DNA of 59,167 nucleotides, counting the filler. It is 6 parts of 6 records of this genome, joined end to end, with 100 filler letters (N's around TTAATTAATTAA, not from the genome) between each part and the next. Parts side by side here need not be neighbours in the genome. Positions count along the whole stretch, not along the records: positions 1 to 12,856 come from DRR723986_14370; positions 12,957 to 17,993 come from DRR723986_14379; positions 18,094 to 23,969 come from DRR723986_14389; 3 more parts are not named here. The stretch is one strand, 5' to 3'. Of the stretch, positions 8,844 through 18,596 are shown piece by piece. Made by a program: the position numbers and the translations under genes. Position 1 is the first letter of the stretch; every line of letters starts with the position of its first letter. The notes beneath the pieces were generated by a model. The model made no database searches. It saw only the letters and a program-made list of their open reading frames with translations, and was not told where the DNA came from.

Positions 8844-11800
8844 TTGTCGGGATTCTCCATGCGAGTTCTACGTTGTTGTTTATTGAACACTCTATTGTGC
8901 TGCATTTTGTGCGTGGCCGATCTGCCCGCACAGAATAAAGCCAATAACCATTGGATTTTTGGCAATAACATTCGCCTCGATTTCAGCGGCGGCGTGCCAC
9001 GTGCCAGTGTTATAGATTCTTTTGTCACCTATGAAGCCGCCGCGAGTATCAGCGATCCGCGTAGTGGCAATCTGTTGTTGTACTCAAACGGCACGGATGT
9101 TTTTAACGGTTTGCTCCAGCAAATCAACGGCGACAAAACCCTGTTCGGCAATCAAAGCTCCACGCAGGGTGCGCTGATCATGCCCGAGTCCTGCAACCGC
9201 TACTACGTGTTTACCTCCGATGCCGGTGAGTATGAAGGTGTAAATGTTGGTGTGCATTACACACTGGTAGATATTACGATGTTAAATGGCCGTGGTGGCC
9301 TGGTACCCGACTTCATTAACGTTCCGATGCTCGACCAGGCAGCCGAAAAACTGACGGCTGCGCCGCATGCGGACGGTCGCAGCTTTTGGGTGCTGGCGCA
9401 TGGCATGCGCGACGGCAAGTTCCATGCCTTTCACGTAAGTCAGGACGGCGTGCAGCCACCGGTGGTAAGTGACGTCGGCTTTCCACATGGCTCGGGTCGC
9501 TCTACCGATGGCGTGGGCGCCATGAAGTTTTCGCCCGACGGCAAAAAGCTGGCGCTGGCGATGTTTACGAATGAAAAAATTGAACTCTACGACTTTAACA
9601 ATCAAACCGGCGATGTCCACAGCCGCGTGGACCTGGGGCAGGCGCTCGAGAGCTACGGGGTTGAGTTTTCACCCGATTCGCGTAAACTCTACGTCAGCAC
9701 CGTCCACGAGCGCAACAATGCCTCGCGCTTGTTTCAGTACGATCTGGACGCGCCCGACATCCGCGCCTCGCGATTAATTGTGTATGAGACCAGAGAAGAC
9801 TTAATGCGATTGAGCGGCATGCAGCTTGGTCCCGACAACAAGATTTACATTGCGCGCCTGGAAAACGAATTCATTCAGATAATCAACCAACCGAACCGCC
9901 GCGGCCGCAATTGTGATTTGACTGAGATGCAGTTGCCCTTTGGCGCGCGCTGCGGACTTGGGATTATGAATCTCTACACCTGTGCGCCGGTTAATCTCAT
10001 CGAACCAAATGCCAATGATCTTGTGGTTTCTGAAGACGCGACGATCTGCCCAGGTCAGTCCGTCCAGCTGACGGCCGAAAACGCGTTTGGCGGTAGTTTC
10101 CAGTGGTCACCGCGAGAAGGACTTTCAGATCCAAATTCGCAGTCGCCCACAGCCGCGCCGCAGCGCACAACCACATATATCATTTCAGTTGAGTCGAACT
10201 GCGGTGATGATACCGACAGTGTGACTGTATTTGTTCGGCCCGTGCCGGAAATGCAGGTAGAACCGGTCGGCACCATTTGTCCGGGTGAGTCTGTACAACT
10301 GCTGGCCAGTGGCGCAGACGAAGTACGCTGGGAGCCTGCCACCGGGCTGAGTGATCCGACAATTGTTAACCCAATGGCGAGTCCAAACGAAACGACAACT
10401 TACACGGTCATCGGGCGTTTTGCGGATGGCTGCGAAAGTCGCGCTGAAGTCACGGTGCGTGTGTTCCCCGGACCGGGTTTTGACCTGGGGCCGGATCAGA
10501 CAATCTGTGAGGGCCAGACGCTGCGCCTGCGTGCCGGCGGCGGAATTACGTATCGCTGGTGGCCTGATATTGAAATCTCTGCGACTGATGTCGCGCGCCC
10601 GACCGTCTCTCCGACTCAGTCCCGCACATACTTCGTGGAAGTCATTGATGATGTGGGCTGCTCCAAAATCGACTCCATTCAGGTGTTGGTCGGCGCCGGT
10701 TTAAGTTTGCCCGGCAATGGTGAACTGGATGTTTGTGCCGGTGAATCGATCCTGCTGGACATTGGTGGCCCCGATGGTGATTATCGCTGGACTCCGGCCG
10801 AGGGACTCGACGACCCGACACTTAAACAACCGACGGCAAGCCCCACACGCGATATCACGTATCGTGTCAGGTTAAATTCGACCTGTGGCCAGTCCACGGG
10901 TGAGGTCAGGGTTACGGTAAAAGAACTGCCTGAGTATGCGCTGGTCGATCTGCAAAGTTGCGAAGGCCTGCCGCTGGCATTAAACCCGAACGCCGCGCCC
11001 GATTTAACATATGCATGGGATGCGGATCAGGGAATTGAGGATCTGAACGCCGCCAACCCGCAAATCATTGCGTCTGCCGAACAGTACTATTATGTGACAA
11101 TCAGCAATGGCGGCTGTGCCGTCCGCGATAGTGTTAAAGTGTCGCTAAGCGCGGCACCTGAACTGGAACTCAGCCTGGATGCCGAAATCTGCGCCGGAAG
11201 CTCCGTACAGCTGCGCGTCTCCGGTGCCGACCAATATATCTGGTCACCAGACCTAAATATTGATGATGTTAACAGTGCCAACCCCACCGTTTCGCCGGGA
11301 GAAACTACAAGATATTATGTGCGTGGGTTAACCGGCGCTGACTGTGAACGCCTTGACTCTGTAACCGTAACTGTTAACCCCGCTCCCGTTTTACGTCTTG
11401 GTCCAATTGCGCCCCGCATTTGTGCCGGCGAATCAATTCAGGTTGTATCACCGGATGACGTGAACCTGCGGTCCGTACGCTGGAGTCCGGCTGCTGGTTT
11501 AAGTGATCCCAATATCCTCAATCCGCGGATCACCTTGTCTAACTCTCAGGTTTACACCGTTGAGTATGAATATGCGACGGGCTGTCGTGGCGAAGTTGAA
11601 TACCGTGTAGAAGTCAGCGCGCCGCCAACTGTTCGGCTGGATGAGCCATTTGTGCAACTTTGTGAAGGTGAAGTTTTAACGGTTAGGGCTTCCGGGGCGG
11701 ATGAATATTCCTGGTTTGACGCTGCCGGTGAATTGATTGGCACGGGTGAGGCACGCGAAGTTAAACATGACGCCGGCAGGATTCGGATTGTAGGCCGCAA

Positions 11801-12806
11801 CGCCGCTTTTTGTCGTGACACTGTCGAACTTGTGGTGCAGAATCTGGGGCGGCCGGACCTGCAGGCGCAGGCGGACTACGTGGTTTGTTACGGAGATACT
11901 GTTGCGCTTGAGGCATTGGGCGCCGAGCGTTACGAGTGGAGCCCGGCCGACGATCTTGCAGATCCGAATGCAGCGACAACTTTGGCCTGGCCCTTGTTAA
12001 ACACCACTTACACTTTGCGCGGCTTTAACGCGAATAATTGTGAAGTCGTCCAGAATGTTAATGTCCGACTTGTGCCGCGTGTTGATATTCTTCTGGCGGC
12101 CGAATCACCGGAAGGTGGCGCCTTGCCGGGCGACGAAATCATTTGCCGCCTCGACTTTGCCTTGCGTGAGGAATTGCGCGAGCTGCTGGATCAGCGTGCA
12201 TTTAGTGTAGTTGTTGAGCATGGGCTTAAAGACATGCGTGTGATTCCCAACTCGATTTTGCGCCTGGATGGTTTGCCAAGCTGGGAGTTCGGCATCGAAA
12301 ATGTTGATGAGCCAGGCCGCTTTAGGATAACTGGTGTCAGCTCGGATTCAGCGCCGCTGGAAAAACGTTTTGCGCTCGAGTTCCGCATGCAGATTCTTTT
12401 AACGGAATCCGATACAGAGTACATTAATATTAATGTAATTTCCAGTGACTTCGGTGCCAAGGTTGTGTGCGGTGATCTCGACAGCGCTACAGTTCGTCTC
12501 TCGCGATTCTGTTTACGCAGTCACCGCGGTGTGCTGTCTTCGGGTACCCAATTTGCCCTGCTGCAGAATCAACCAAATCCTGCGCGTGCGGCAACCGAAG
12601 TCTTGTACCGTTTGGGATTCGAAACCAATGTCTCTCTGCAGTTAACCGACAACCTGGGCCGTGTGATTCGCGAGCTTGTTGACGAACGCCAGGCCTCGGG
12701 TGTTTATCGCATTCAGCTTAACACTTCGGAGCTTGCGGCTGGTTCGTACCGTTATACTTTACGTGCCGGTCCATTTACGGAGAGTCATGTGCTGCTGGTG
12801 GAATAG
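8844..12806 (+). CDS. Large T9SS-secreted protein: beta-propeller, about 9 Cys-containing Ig-like repeats, T9SS C-terminal domain (start possibly 8859)
   Basis: NHWIFG...GNQSSTQ propeller region; repeats of ICxGxSVQL...WSPxxGLSDP...NPxASP..TTTY; C-terminal QNQPNP...GVYRIQLNTSELAAGSYRYTL. Confidence 0.85.
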   Translation: MSGFSMRVLRCCLLNTLLCCILCVADLPAQNKANNHWIFGNNIRLDFSGGVPRASVIDSFVTYEAAASISDPRSGNLLLYSNGTDVFNGLLQQINGDKTLFGNQSSTQGALIMPESCNRYYVFTSDAGEYEGVNVGVHYTLVDITMLNGRGGLVPDFINVPMLDQAAEKLTAAPHADGRSFWVLAHGMRDGKFHAFHVSQDGVQPPVVSDVGFPHGSGRSTDGVGAMKFSPDGKKLALAMFTNEKIELYDFNNQTGDVHSRVDLGQALESYGVEFSPDSRKLYVSTVHERNNASRLFQYDLDAPDIRASRLIVYETREDLMRLSGMQLGPDNKIYIARLENEFIQIINQPNRRGRNCDLTEMQLPFGARCGLGIMNLYTCAPVNLIEPNANDLVVSEDATICPGQSVQLTAENAFGGSFQWSPREGLSDPNSQSPTAAPQRTTTYIISVESNCGDDTDSVTVFVRPVPEMQVEPVGTICPGESVQLLASGADEVRWEPATGLSDPTIVNPMASPNETTTYTVIGRFADGCESRAEVTVRVFPGPGFDLGPDQTICEGQTLRLRAGGGITYRWWPDIEISATDVARPTVSPTQSRTYFVEVIDDVGCSKIDSIQVLVGAGLSLPGNGELDVCAGESILLDIGGPDGDYRWTPAEGLDDPTLKQPTASPTRDITYRVRLNSTCGQSTGEVRVTVKELPEYALVDLQSCEGLPLALNPNAAPDLTYAWDADQGIEDLNAANPQIIASAEQYYYVTISNGGCAVRDSVKVSLSAAPELELSLDAEICAGSSVQLRVSGADQYIWSPDLNIDDVNSANPTVSPGETTRYYVRGLTGADCERLDSVTVTVNPAPVLRLGPIAPRICAGESIQVVSPDDVNLRSVRWSPAAGLSDPNILNPRITLSNSQVYTVEYEYATGCRGEVEYRVEVSAPPTVRLDEPFVQLCEGEVLTVRASGADEYSWFDAAGELIGTGEAREVKHDAGRIRIVGRNAAFCRDTVELVVQNLGRPDLQAQADYVVCYGDTVALEALGAERYEWSPADDLADPNAATTLAWPLLNTTYTLRGFNANNCEVVQNVNVRLVPRVDILLAAESPEGGALPGDEIICRLDFALREELRELLDQRAFSVVVEHGLKDMRVIPNSILRLDGLPSWEFGIENVDEPGRFRITGVSSDSAPLEKRFALEFRMQILLTESDTEYININVISSDFGAKVVCGDLDSATVRLSRFCLRSHRGVLSSGTQFALLQNQPNPARAATEVLYRLGFETNVSLQLTDNLGRVIRELVDERQASGVYRIQLNTSELAAGSYRYTLRAGPFTESHVLLVE

Positions 12807-12856
12807 TGTTTTTGGGGTGGGTTTCTTGAGCGCTTCGCCCCTTGCGCCTGCGGCTT

Positions 12857-12956
12857 NNNNNNNNNNNNNNNNNNNNNNNNNNNNNNNNNNNNNNNNNNNN
12901 TTAATTAATTAANNNNNNNNNNNNNNNNNNNNNNNNNNNNNNNNNNNNNNNNNNNN
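12857..12956. other. Artificial contig linker
   Basis: N-run flanking TTAATTAATTAA (stops in all six frames). Confidence 0.99.
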
Positions 12957-13334
12957 ATCCCGGAATTCGTCGGCCGTCTGCCGGTGATCGCGACGCTGGA
13001 AGATCTGGACGAAGATGCGCTTGTCACTATCCTGACCCAGCCCAAGAACGCTCTGGTCAAACAGTATCAGCGGCTCTTTGAACTGGAAGACGCCAAGCTC
13101 AAGTTCACGGACGACGCGTTGAACGCCATCGCCAAGCGTGCCATTGAACGCAAGACCGGCGCGCGTGGCCTGCGCTCGATCATGGAAGACATCCTGCTCG
13201 ATACCATGTTCGAACTGCCTGGAACCGATGGTGTCGAAGAGGTCGTGGTGAACGAAGAGGCCGTCACCTCTGACGCGCAGCCCCTGCTCATCTACACCGA
13301 GCGCAAGAAGGAAGAGCCCAAGACCGCGGGCTGA
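12957..13334 (+). CDS. clpX: ATP-dependent Clp protease ATP-binding subunit ClpX, C-terminal fragment
   Basis: [14 protein letters not shown]...[12 protein letters not shown]...[12 protein letters not shown]; truncated by the contig start. Confidence 0.96.
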   Translation: MPEFVGRLPVIATLEDLDEDALVTILTQPKNALVKQYQRLFELEDAKLKFTDDALNAIAKRAIERKTGARGLRSIMEDILLDTMFELPGTDGVEEVVVNEEAVTSDAQPLLIYTERKKEEPKTAG

Positions 13335-13340
13335 TCCCAA

Positions 13341-14171
13341 GTGCATTTTACACGCGGCAAACCGGTCTGGCGTCGTTGGGCGGATGGTTATGCACGTCTG
13401 CTGAAATACGGTGCGATGGCCCCGGTCCTGTCGCAGGTGGTGCAGCATACCGGATGGCTCGATGGCGGTGACGCGCCGCCAAGGCTGCTGAACTACGCTG
13501 CCGATGGTGATTTCGTGGCACAGGGTGACGCGCTCGTGCGCGATATCTCTCGGGATATTCCGCTTGAACCGGGGGTGCGGCTGCTCGACATCGGCTGCGG
13601 CATCGGGCGGCTGGCGACGGCACTGGCGCGCAACCGGCCGGGCCTGAACTATGCCGGGTTCGATGTGGTGCGCTATGGCGTGCTGTGGTGCGGCAAGGCG
13701 ATCCCGGCGGATGCGGGATGCTACCGGTTCGACCATGTGGATGTGCAGAACCGCTTCTACAACCCATTCGGCAAGATCGTGCCGGAACGCTTTGTTTTCC
13801 CGTATGAAACCGACAGTTTCGATCTTGCTGTCGCGATCTCGGTCTTCACCCATCTGCTGGAAGATGACACCCGCCGCTATTTCGCGGAAGGCATCCGCTG
13901 CCTTGCCCCCGGCGGGCGCGCCTATTTCACCACCTTCCTGACCCCGGATCGCGTCCCCGAAGCAGCCCATTTCGAATTTCGCCACAAGATCGGCGCGGCA
14001 GCGGTCGAGCGGCGCGAAGAGCCAGAGCTTGCGGTCTCTTACACGCGGGCCTTCTGGGAAGGGTTGGCTGCAGCGAACGGGGCCAGGCTGGAACAGGTGA
14101 ACGAGGGCAGTTGGACCGGGGCTGAACGCCCCGACTATCAAGATGTTCTGCTCTTTCGCAAACTCGGGTGA
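13341..14171 (+). CDS. Class I SAM-dependent methyltransferase
   Basis: LLDIGCGIGR motif I; FDLAVAISVFTHL; LAPGGRAY. Confidence 0.9.
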   Translation: MHFTRGKPVWRRWADGYARLLKYGAMAPVLSQVVQHTGWLDGGDAPPRLLNYAADGDFVAQGDALVRDISRDIPLEPGVRLLDIGCGIGRLATALARNRPGLNYAGFDVVRYGVLWCGKAIPADAGCYRFDHVDVQNRFYNPFGKIVPERFVFPYETDSFDLAVAISVFTHLLEDDTRRYFAEGIRCLAPGGRAYFTTFLTPDRVPEAAHFEFRHKIGAAAVERREEPELAVSYTRAFWEGLAAANGARLEQVNEGSWTGAERPDYQDVLLFRKLG

Positions 14172-14290
14172 CAGTCCGGCGGCGGGCCGGCCACTCGATT
14201 TCTCGATTCCCATGTTATTTTCGAAATCGGCGGGCAATGGCGGGGCAGTATGCCTATCTTGCTCTGACCGATACTGATCCGAGATCCGCC

Positions 14291-15379
14291 ATGATCCTAC
14301 TCGACCTGTCCATTCGCGGTGCGGCCATTGCCGTGGCGATCCTGTGTGGCGTGGCGCTGCTGCTCAACCGCGACACGCGGCCGATTGGCCGCCCGGTCAT
14401 GGCAGTGGCCGTGACGCTGACCTGCTATATCCTGCTCTCGGGCCTGTCGGCCGAGATGCTGCCACCTGCGCTGTTTCCTGTGCTGATTTCGGGGGCAATT
14501 TTCGTGCCTCTTGCCGTCTGCTGGCTGGTAGTGACCGTGTTCATCGACGAGGCGCGCGACCGCAGTCCGTGGCTGGCGGCGGCGGGGTTGGGGGTCGTTC
14601 TGTGCATTGCCAGCATCTGGGCGCCGGGCCTGGAACCGGTGCGCGGGGCGGTCATGTTGGGGTTCTTCGCGGCGCTTCTGGGGATGGCTGTGCTAACCGC
14701 GAAAGAGGATCTTGTGGTTGCGCGGATGCGCTTTCGCCCCGCGTTCTTGTCCGCGATGGCCGTTCTGGGCGTGTCGATCTCCGGGACTGAGCTGTTCTAT
14801 GGCTATCGCAACGTGCCCGATCCGGTGATCGTGATGCAGGGGGCGGCGTTTCTGGCGCTGGCGTTTTCCTATGCGCTTTGGGTGCTGAAGGCGGAGCCAA
14901 AGGCCTGCATCGCCTGCGAGGTGCGCCTCGCCCCGCCACCAGTGGTCGACCGGCGGGCAGACGCGGTGGACGCGGCCATGGTCGGGGCGTTGAACGCAGC
15001 GCTGGAGGCCGGGATCTGGCGGCGCGAGGGTCTGACCATTGCCGCGCTCGGGGCCGAGATCGGGGTGCCGGAACATCGCCTGCGCGGTGTCATCAACCAA
15101 CGGCTTGGCTTTCGCAACTTCCCGACCTTCATCAACAGCTACCGGATTGCCGCCGCGAAAGAGGTTCTGGCCGATCCAGGCGAGGCGCGGCGCACCATTC
15201 TGGAGATCGCCTATGATGTGGGGTTCGCCTCTCTCGGGCCGTTCAACAAGGCCTTCCGCGATCAGGCTGGCGAAAGCCCGTCCGAGTTTCGCCGGCGGGC
15301 GCTTGATTCCGGTCAATCACACTCTGGATTCGAAAAATCACCCTCACTTCCGGAATCAGCGCGCCTGAGACCGCATTAG
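14291..15379 (+). CDS. Membrane-bound AraC family regulator (multi-TM N-terminus)
   Basis: About 7 hydrophobic segments followed by an AraC HTH (EHRLRGVINQRLGFRNFPTFINSYRI...ILEIAYDVGFASLGPFNKAFR); ATG at 14291 is in frame with ORF 14168. Confidence 0.87.
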   Translation: MILLDLSIRGAAIAVAILCGVALLLNRDTRPIGRPVMAVAVTLTCYILLSGLSAEMLPPALFPVLISGAIFVPLAVCWLVVTVFIDEARDRSPWLAAAGLGVVLCIASIWAPGLEPVRGAVMLGFFAALLGMAVLTAKEDLVVARMRFRPAFLSAMAVLGVSISGTELFYGYRNVPDPVIVMQGAAFLALAFSYALWVLKAEPKACIACEVRLAPPPVVDRRADAVDAAMVGALNAALEAGIWRREGLTIAALGAEIGVPEHRLRGVINQRLGFRNFPTFINSYRIAAAKEVLADPGEARRTILEIAYDVGFASLGPFNKAFRDQAGESPSEFRRRALDSGQSHSGFEKSPSLPESARLRPH

Positions 15380-15426
15380 CAGCCAACTGAGGGTCATCGC
15401 GTTTCATCCAAGAAGGAGACATACCG

Positions 15427-15576
15427 ATGACCCGACTGACCCTTGCTGCCCTCATCACGCTTGCCAGCCTGACCGCTGCGATGGCGCAGACCATCCCGTT
15501 CTTCCCGACCCATTGGCCGCAGCCCGGCAGTTTCGACGGCCCTGCTATCGTGACACAGGACGATCAGGAAAACTGA
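15427..15576 (+). CDS. Small secreted peptide, 49 aa (MTRLTLAALITLASLTAAMAQTIPFFPTHWPQPGSFDGPAIVTQDDQEN)
   Basis: Translated by hand; strong SD (AAGGAGA) upstream; Sec signal peptide with AMA|Q cleavage site; fills the gap between convergent genes. Confidence 0.7.
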   Translation: MTRLTLAALITLASLTAAMAQTIPFFPTHWPQPGSFDGPAIVTQDDQEN

Positions 15577-15579
15577 CGC

Positions 15580-16572
15580 CTAGCGCAGCCACAGCTTTTC
15601 GCGCTTCAACTGATTGCGGATGGCCTGCTCTCGCCGGGGCAGGTTATCCCGATCAAACAGCGCGCGGGCTTTGGCGCCCTTGCCCTGATAGATCATCCGG
15701 CGCATCGGCTCGTATTCCTTGAGCACTTTCTTGACCCAGTTGGGCGCGGCAACCTCTTCCAGCACGTCCACCACCCGCTGATCCTCTCGCGCATAAAGCA
15801 GCGGCAGAAAGCGATAGTGGCAGCTGCTGCGCCCATCCAGCCAACCCGGTTCCAGCGCATCGCGCCCGCCGCCAAGGGAATGGATCACAAGCGGAAGGGC
15901 CACCTGATCGAGCCATGGATCCATGGTCTGGCAGATGATCTCTTCTGGCGGATCATCGCGGATCGCGGTGGCGTAGTCGAGGAACCGTTGGCCAAATTCA
16001 TGAGGGCATTTGTAATAGAAGAACCCGGCATTGAAATAGAGATGGCGGCGCCAGTATTCATCAGGCTGGCCAAGGTCGAGCGAACTGTCAAAATCCAGCC
16101 CGAACTTGTCATAGAGCGCTTTCCAGGTGGCGGTGTAGCCGGGGCCGTAAAGTTCGATCTGCGGCCATGTGCCTTCCACCTTCAGGCTGGCAGAGGGCCG
16201 ATCGAAATCGAACGGCACCTTGGTCAGATCGTCCAGAATAAGCGTGTCGGTGTCGAAAAAGACGAAGGGTTCGCCCTTGGGCAGGGCCCGCAGCATCTCG
16301 ATCTTGTTGCCATATGGGTAGTCCTTGCCGAAATGCTGGTTCTCGAACGGTGCGATCTCGGCCTTCAGCCGGTCCAGCAATTCCTTGACGCCGGCATCCC
16401 CCATGCGTGGGTCACCCTGCCAGCGGGGGCCGGGTTGCGGTTCGGCAATGAAAAGCTTGCCCGGAAACTTGGGGTTCTTGGCCCGTAAACTAGCGGCGAA
16501 CAGTGCCGCTTCATATTGCAACCGACCGTTCTGGCCCACGATCACGATGTTAAACGCCTGTTTGCTTACCAT
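15580..16572 (-). CDS. Conserved alphaproteobacterial protein, GT-A glycosyltransferase-like
   Basis: FVFFDTDTLI (DxD), YFNAGFF and DQVALPL motifs reminiscent of GT8-type folds. Confidence 0.6.
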   Translation of the reverse strand: MVSKQAFNIVIVGQNGRLQYEAALFAASLRAKNPKFPGKLFIAEPQPGPRWQGDPRMGDAGVKELLDRLKAEIAPFENQHFGKDYPYGNKIEMLRALPKGEPFVFFDTDTLILDDLTKVPFDFDRPSASLKVEGTWPQIELYGPGYTATWKALYDKFGLDFDSSLDLGQPDEYWRRHLYFNAGFFYYKCPHEFGQRFLDYATAIRDDPPEEIICQTMDPWLDQVALPLVIHSLGGGRDALEPGWLDGRSSCHYRFLPLLYAREDQRVVDVLEEVAAPNWVKKVLKEYEPMRRMIYQGKGAKARALFDRDNLPRREQAIRNQLKREKLWLR

Positions 16573-16665
16573 ACCGCCGATTGCCCCATTCGGACCCTGT
16601 TGGGTGCAGTCTAGCGAGGCCGGGGGACCAGTGCCATCCCGAAGCCGGGTCTTGGACAGTCGGTT

Positions 16666-17763
16666 TCACACATGCGCGGCGATCGTGCTTTGGGCGGATT
16701 CGGACAGCAGGAACGCCTCCCATTGCTTCAGCAGGGGCCGCGCCGGTGGTAAGGGTCCCGAGCCGCTGCGGGCAAGGCATGGAAACAGGTGCAGCAATTC
16801 CCGCCGGCTGTCCTCGCACAAGGCGGGCATCGTCATCGGTCCGGGCCGAAAGCTTTCCGCCCAGATCCCATCGGCGCACACAATCTCGTGCTGATCGAAC
16901 ATGAAGTGAATATAGGTCACGCCGGTTTGCGGGGCGACGCTGGTGATGGTGCTGCCATTAACCAGATCACGGGCCGCGATCAGCATCTCGGGTTCTCCGA
17001 ACAGCAGCGTGGTCTGGGTGCCCGACAGCAACAGCCGGTGCTGCGGGGACAACAGCATGTCGCGCATGGGCCGGGCCGGGCCGAAGGCCTGCGCGCGAAG
17101 CAGAATGGGCTGCAAGGCCGGCGACAGGGCCAACTGCTCCGCTGTCAGGGTCACGGAGCCTATCCAGCGAATGGGCTGTTGACCGCGATCCATGGTCAGA
17201 ACCAGATCGCCCACTGACAACGCTTCGACCGCAACCGGGCCATCGGGTGTGTCGATCCGGGTGCCTGGGGTAAAACAGGGGACGACCAGATCGGTCACGT
17301 CGATAGTTGCCTGCCCGGAGCTGCCCGGTCCTTCCGTTGTCTGCACAACGGTCAGCGGCTCTCCCACCGGGGGCCAGGCCTGCGGGGGGCCGACGAAGGC
17401 CAGACCCTCATTCGTCGCGTAGGCGGGTGAAGAATTTCGGACGTTTACAGCAACGATCTCATAAGTATTGGAGTTGGAATCCATGACAACGATGCGATAT
17501 TCGGCCTCGATCTGGGTTCCGTCCGAATAGGTCGTGCCGTCGATGCTTTGCGCACCGTCGAGCCGTTGATTGCCATCGTTGTCATCGAAACTGCTGTCCG
17601 AGCCGCTGTCGGTGATGTCGACTTCAATCCAGTTATTGTTGTTGAGGGTAATCGTTTCGCCAAGCAGGTGGCTGCCGTCGCCTTGCGTGATCCCGTCAAG
17701 CGACAGCCCGCCGCTGACGGTGATGTTTGATTCTTCCAACATCCAGATGGAATAATCGGCCAT
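16666..17763 (-). CDS. Hint-domain (bacterial intein-like) protein
   Basis: VVPCFTPGTRIDTPDG...LLSPQHRLL...YIHFMFDQHEIVCADGIWAESF; Asp/Asn-rich N-terminal domain; ATG at 17763. Confidence 0.88.
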   Translation of the reverse strand: MADYSIWMLEESNITVSGGLSLDGITQGDGSHLLGETITLNNNNWIEVDITDSGSDSSFDDNDGNQRLDGAQSIDGTTYSDGTQIEAEYRIVVMDSNSNTYEIVAVNVRNSSPAYATNEGLAFVGPPQAWPPVGEPLTVVQTTEGPGSSGQATIDVTDLVVPCFTPGTRIDTPDGPVAVEALSVGDLVLTMDRGQQPIRWIGSVTLTAEQLALSPALQPILLRAQAFGPARPMRDMLLSPQHRLLLSGTQTTLLFGEPEMLIAARDLVNGSTITSVAPQTGVTYIHFMFDQHEIVCADGIWAESFRPGPMTMPALCEDSRRELLHLFPCLARSGSGPLPPARPLLKQWEAFLLSESAQSTIAAHV

Positions 17764-17965
17764 GATACACTGCTCGCTACTTGCCACGGTCCTCTGGCGC
17801 GCCGTCTTGGTGCGACGCTGCCGGATGCGGCCATGATAGACGACTTCGATTGCGAAGTTAACTGCCCAAGACCGATCACGGCTGCGCGCGCCCGGATCAG
17901 GCGCATGGGGCCAGCACGCGCCTTTGCAAGGCATGTCGCGTTTGGCGCTGTCACGGGGAGGAGAG

Positions 17966-17993
17966 TGGTGGGCGACCCTGGAATCGAACCAGG
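17966..17993 (-). tRNA. tRNA 3' end (T-arm, acceptor stem, CCA), probably tRNA-Tyr; truncated by the contig end
   Basis: Minus strand CCTGGTTCGATTCCAGGGTCGCCCACCA; isotype is recalled from Rhodobacteraceae tRNA-Tyr, and the anticodon is not visible. Confidence 0.75.
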
Positions 17994-18093
17994 NNNNNNN
18001 NNNNNNNNNNNNNNNNNNNNNNNNNNNNNNNNNNNNNTTAATTAATTAANNNNNNNNNNNNNNNNNNNNNNNNNNNNNNNNNNNNNNNNNNNN
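17994..18093. other. Artificial contig linker
   Basis: N-run + TTAATTAATTAA. Confidence 0.99.
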
Positions 18094-18590
18094 TTGGTCA
18101 TCAGCAACTCAAATGTTGGATCCTTCATTTCCCGGGCCGCCATAACCTGCTCCAGCCGATTGAGGCTCTTGATGCCAGACAGGAGTGGATTGACCGTCAA
18201 CGGTACCCGGGAGAAGTCCACCATGACCCCGGTTTCGGGCGGCAGCGGAGGAAGAACGGAATGGAACAGATACAGATGAGGGCTGACATCAGCTGCCGGC
18301 CGATACCCGCGGCCACCGCTGCCACGGGTTACCACCAGCTTGAGCACCCAATGGCTGCCGCCATGAATGGCCCCATAGCGCTGCATTGCGCCGGCAACCG
18401 CAGACTCAAGTTCGGGCCGACTCAGAGAAATACCCAGGCGCCCGGCATCCCGCACCAACCGGTCAAGGTGATAGACCAGCAAAGGCGCGGAATCCCCGTT
18501 CACCCTGATGGTTTCGAACAGGCCATCTCCATATGCCAGCCCCCGGTCACCAGGGAGCAGGCAGTCGTCTGCCCAGTAGAGCTTCAGCAC
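18094..18590 (-). CDS. pabC: Aminodeoxychorismate lyase, partial
   Basis: DRGLAYGDGLFETIR, TRGSGGRGY and GIKSLNRLEQV motifs; position after fabF. Confidence 0.92.
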
Positions 18591-18596
18591 CCGGGC

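Noticed and set aside
12857-12956. Recurrent TTAATTAATTAA motif in N-runs, and ORFs crossing them
   Set aside because: Artificial linkers; the X-containing ORFs are artefacts
12909-14237. 442-aa minus-strand ORF
   Set aside because: Antisense shadow of clpX and the methyltransferase, running into the linker
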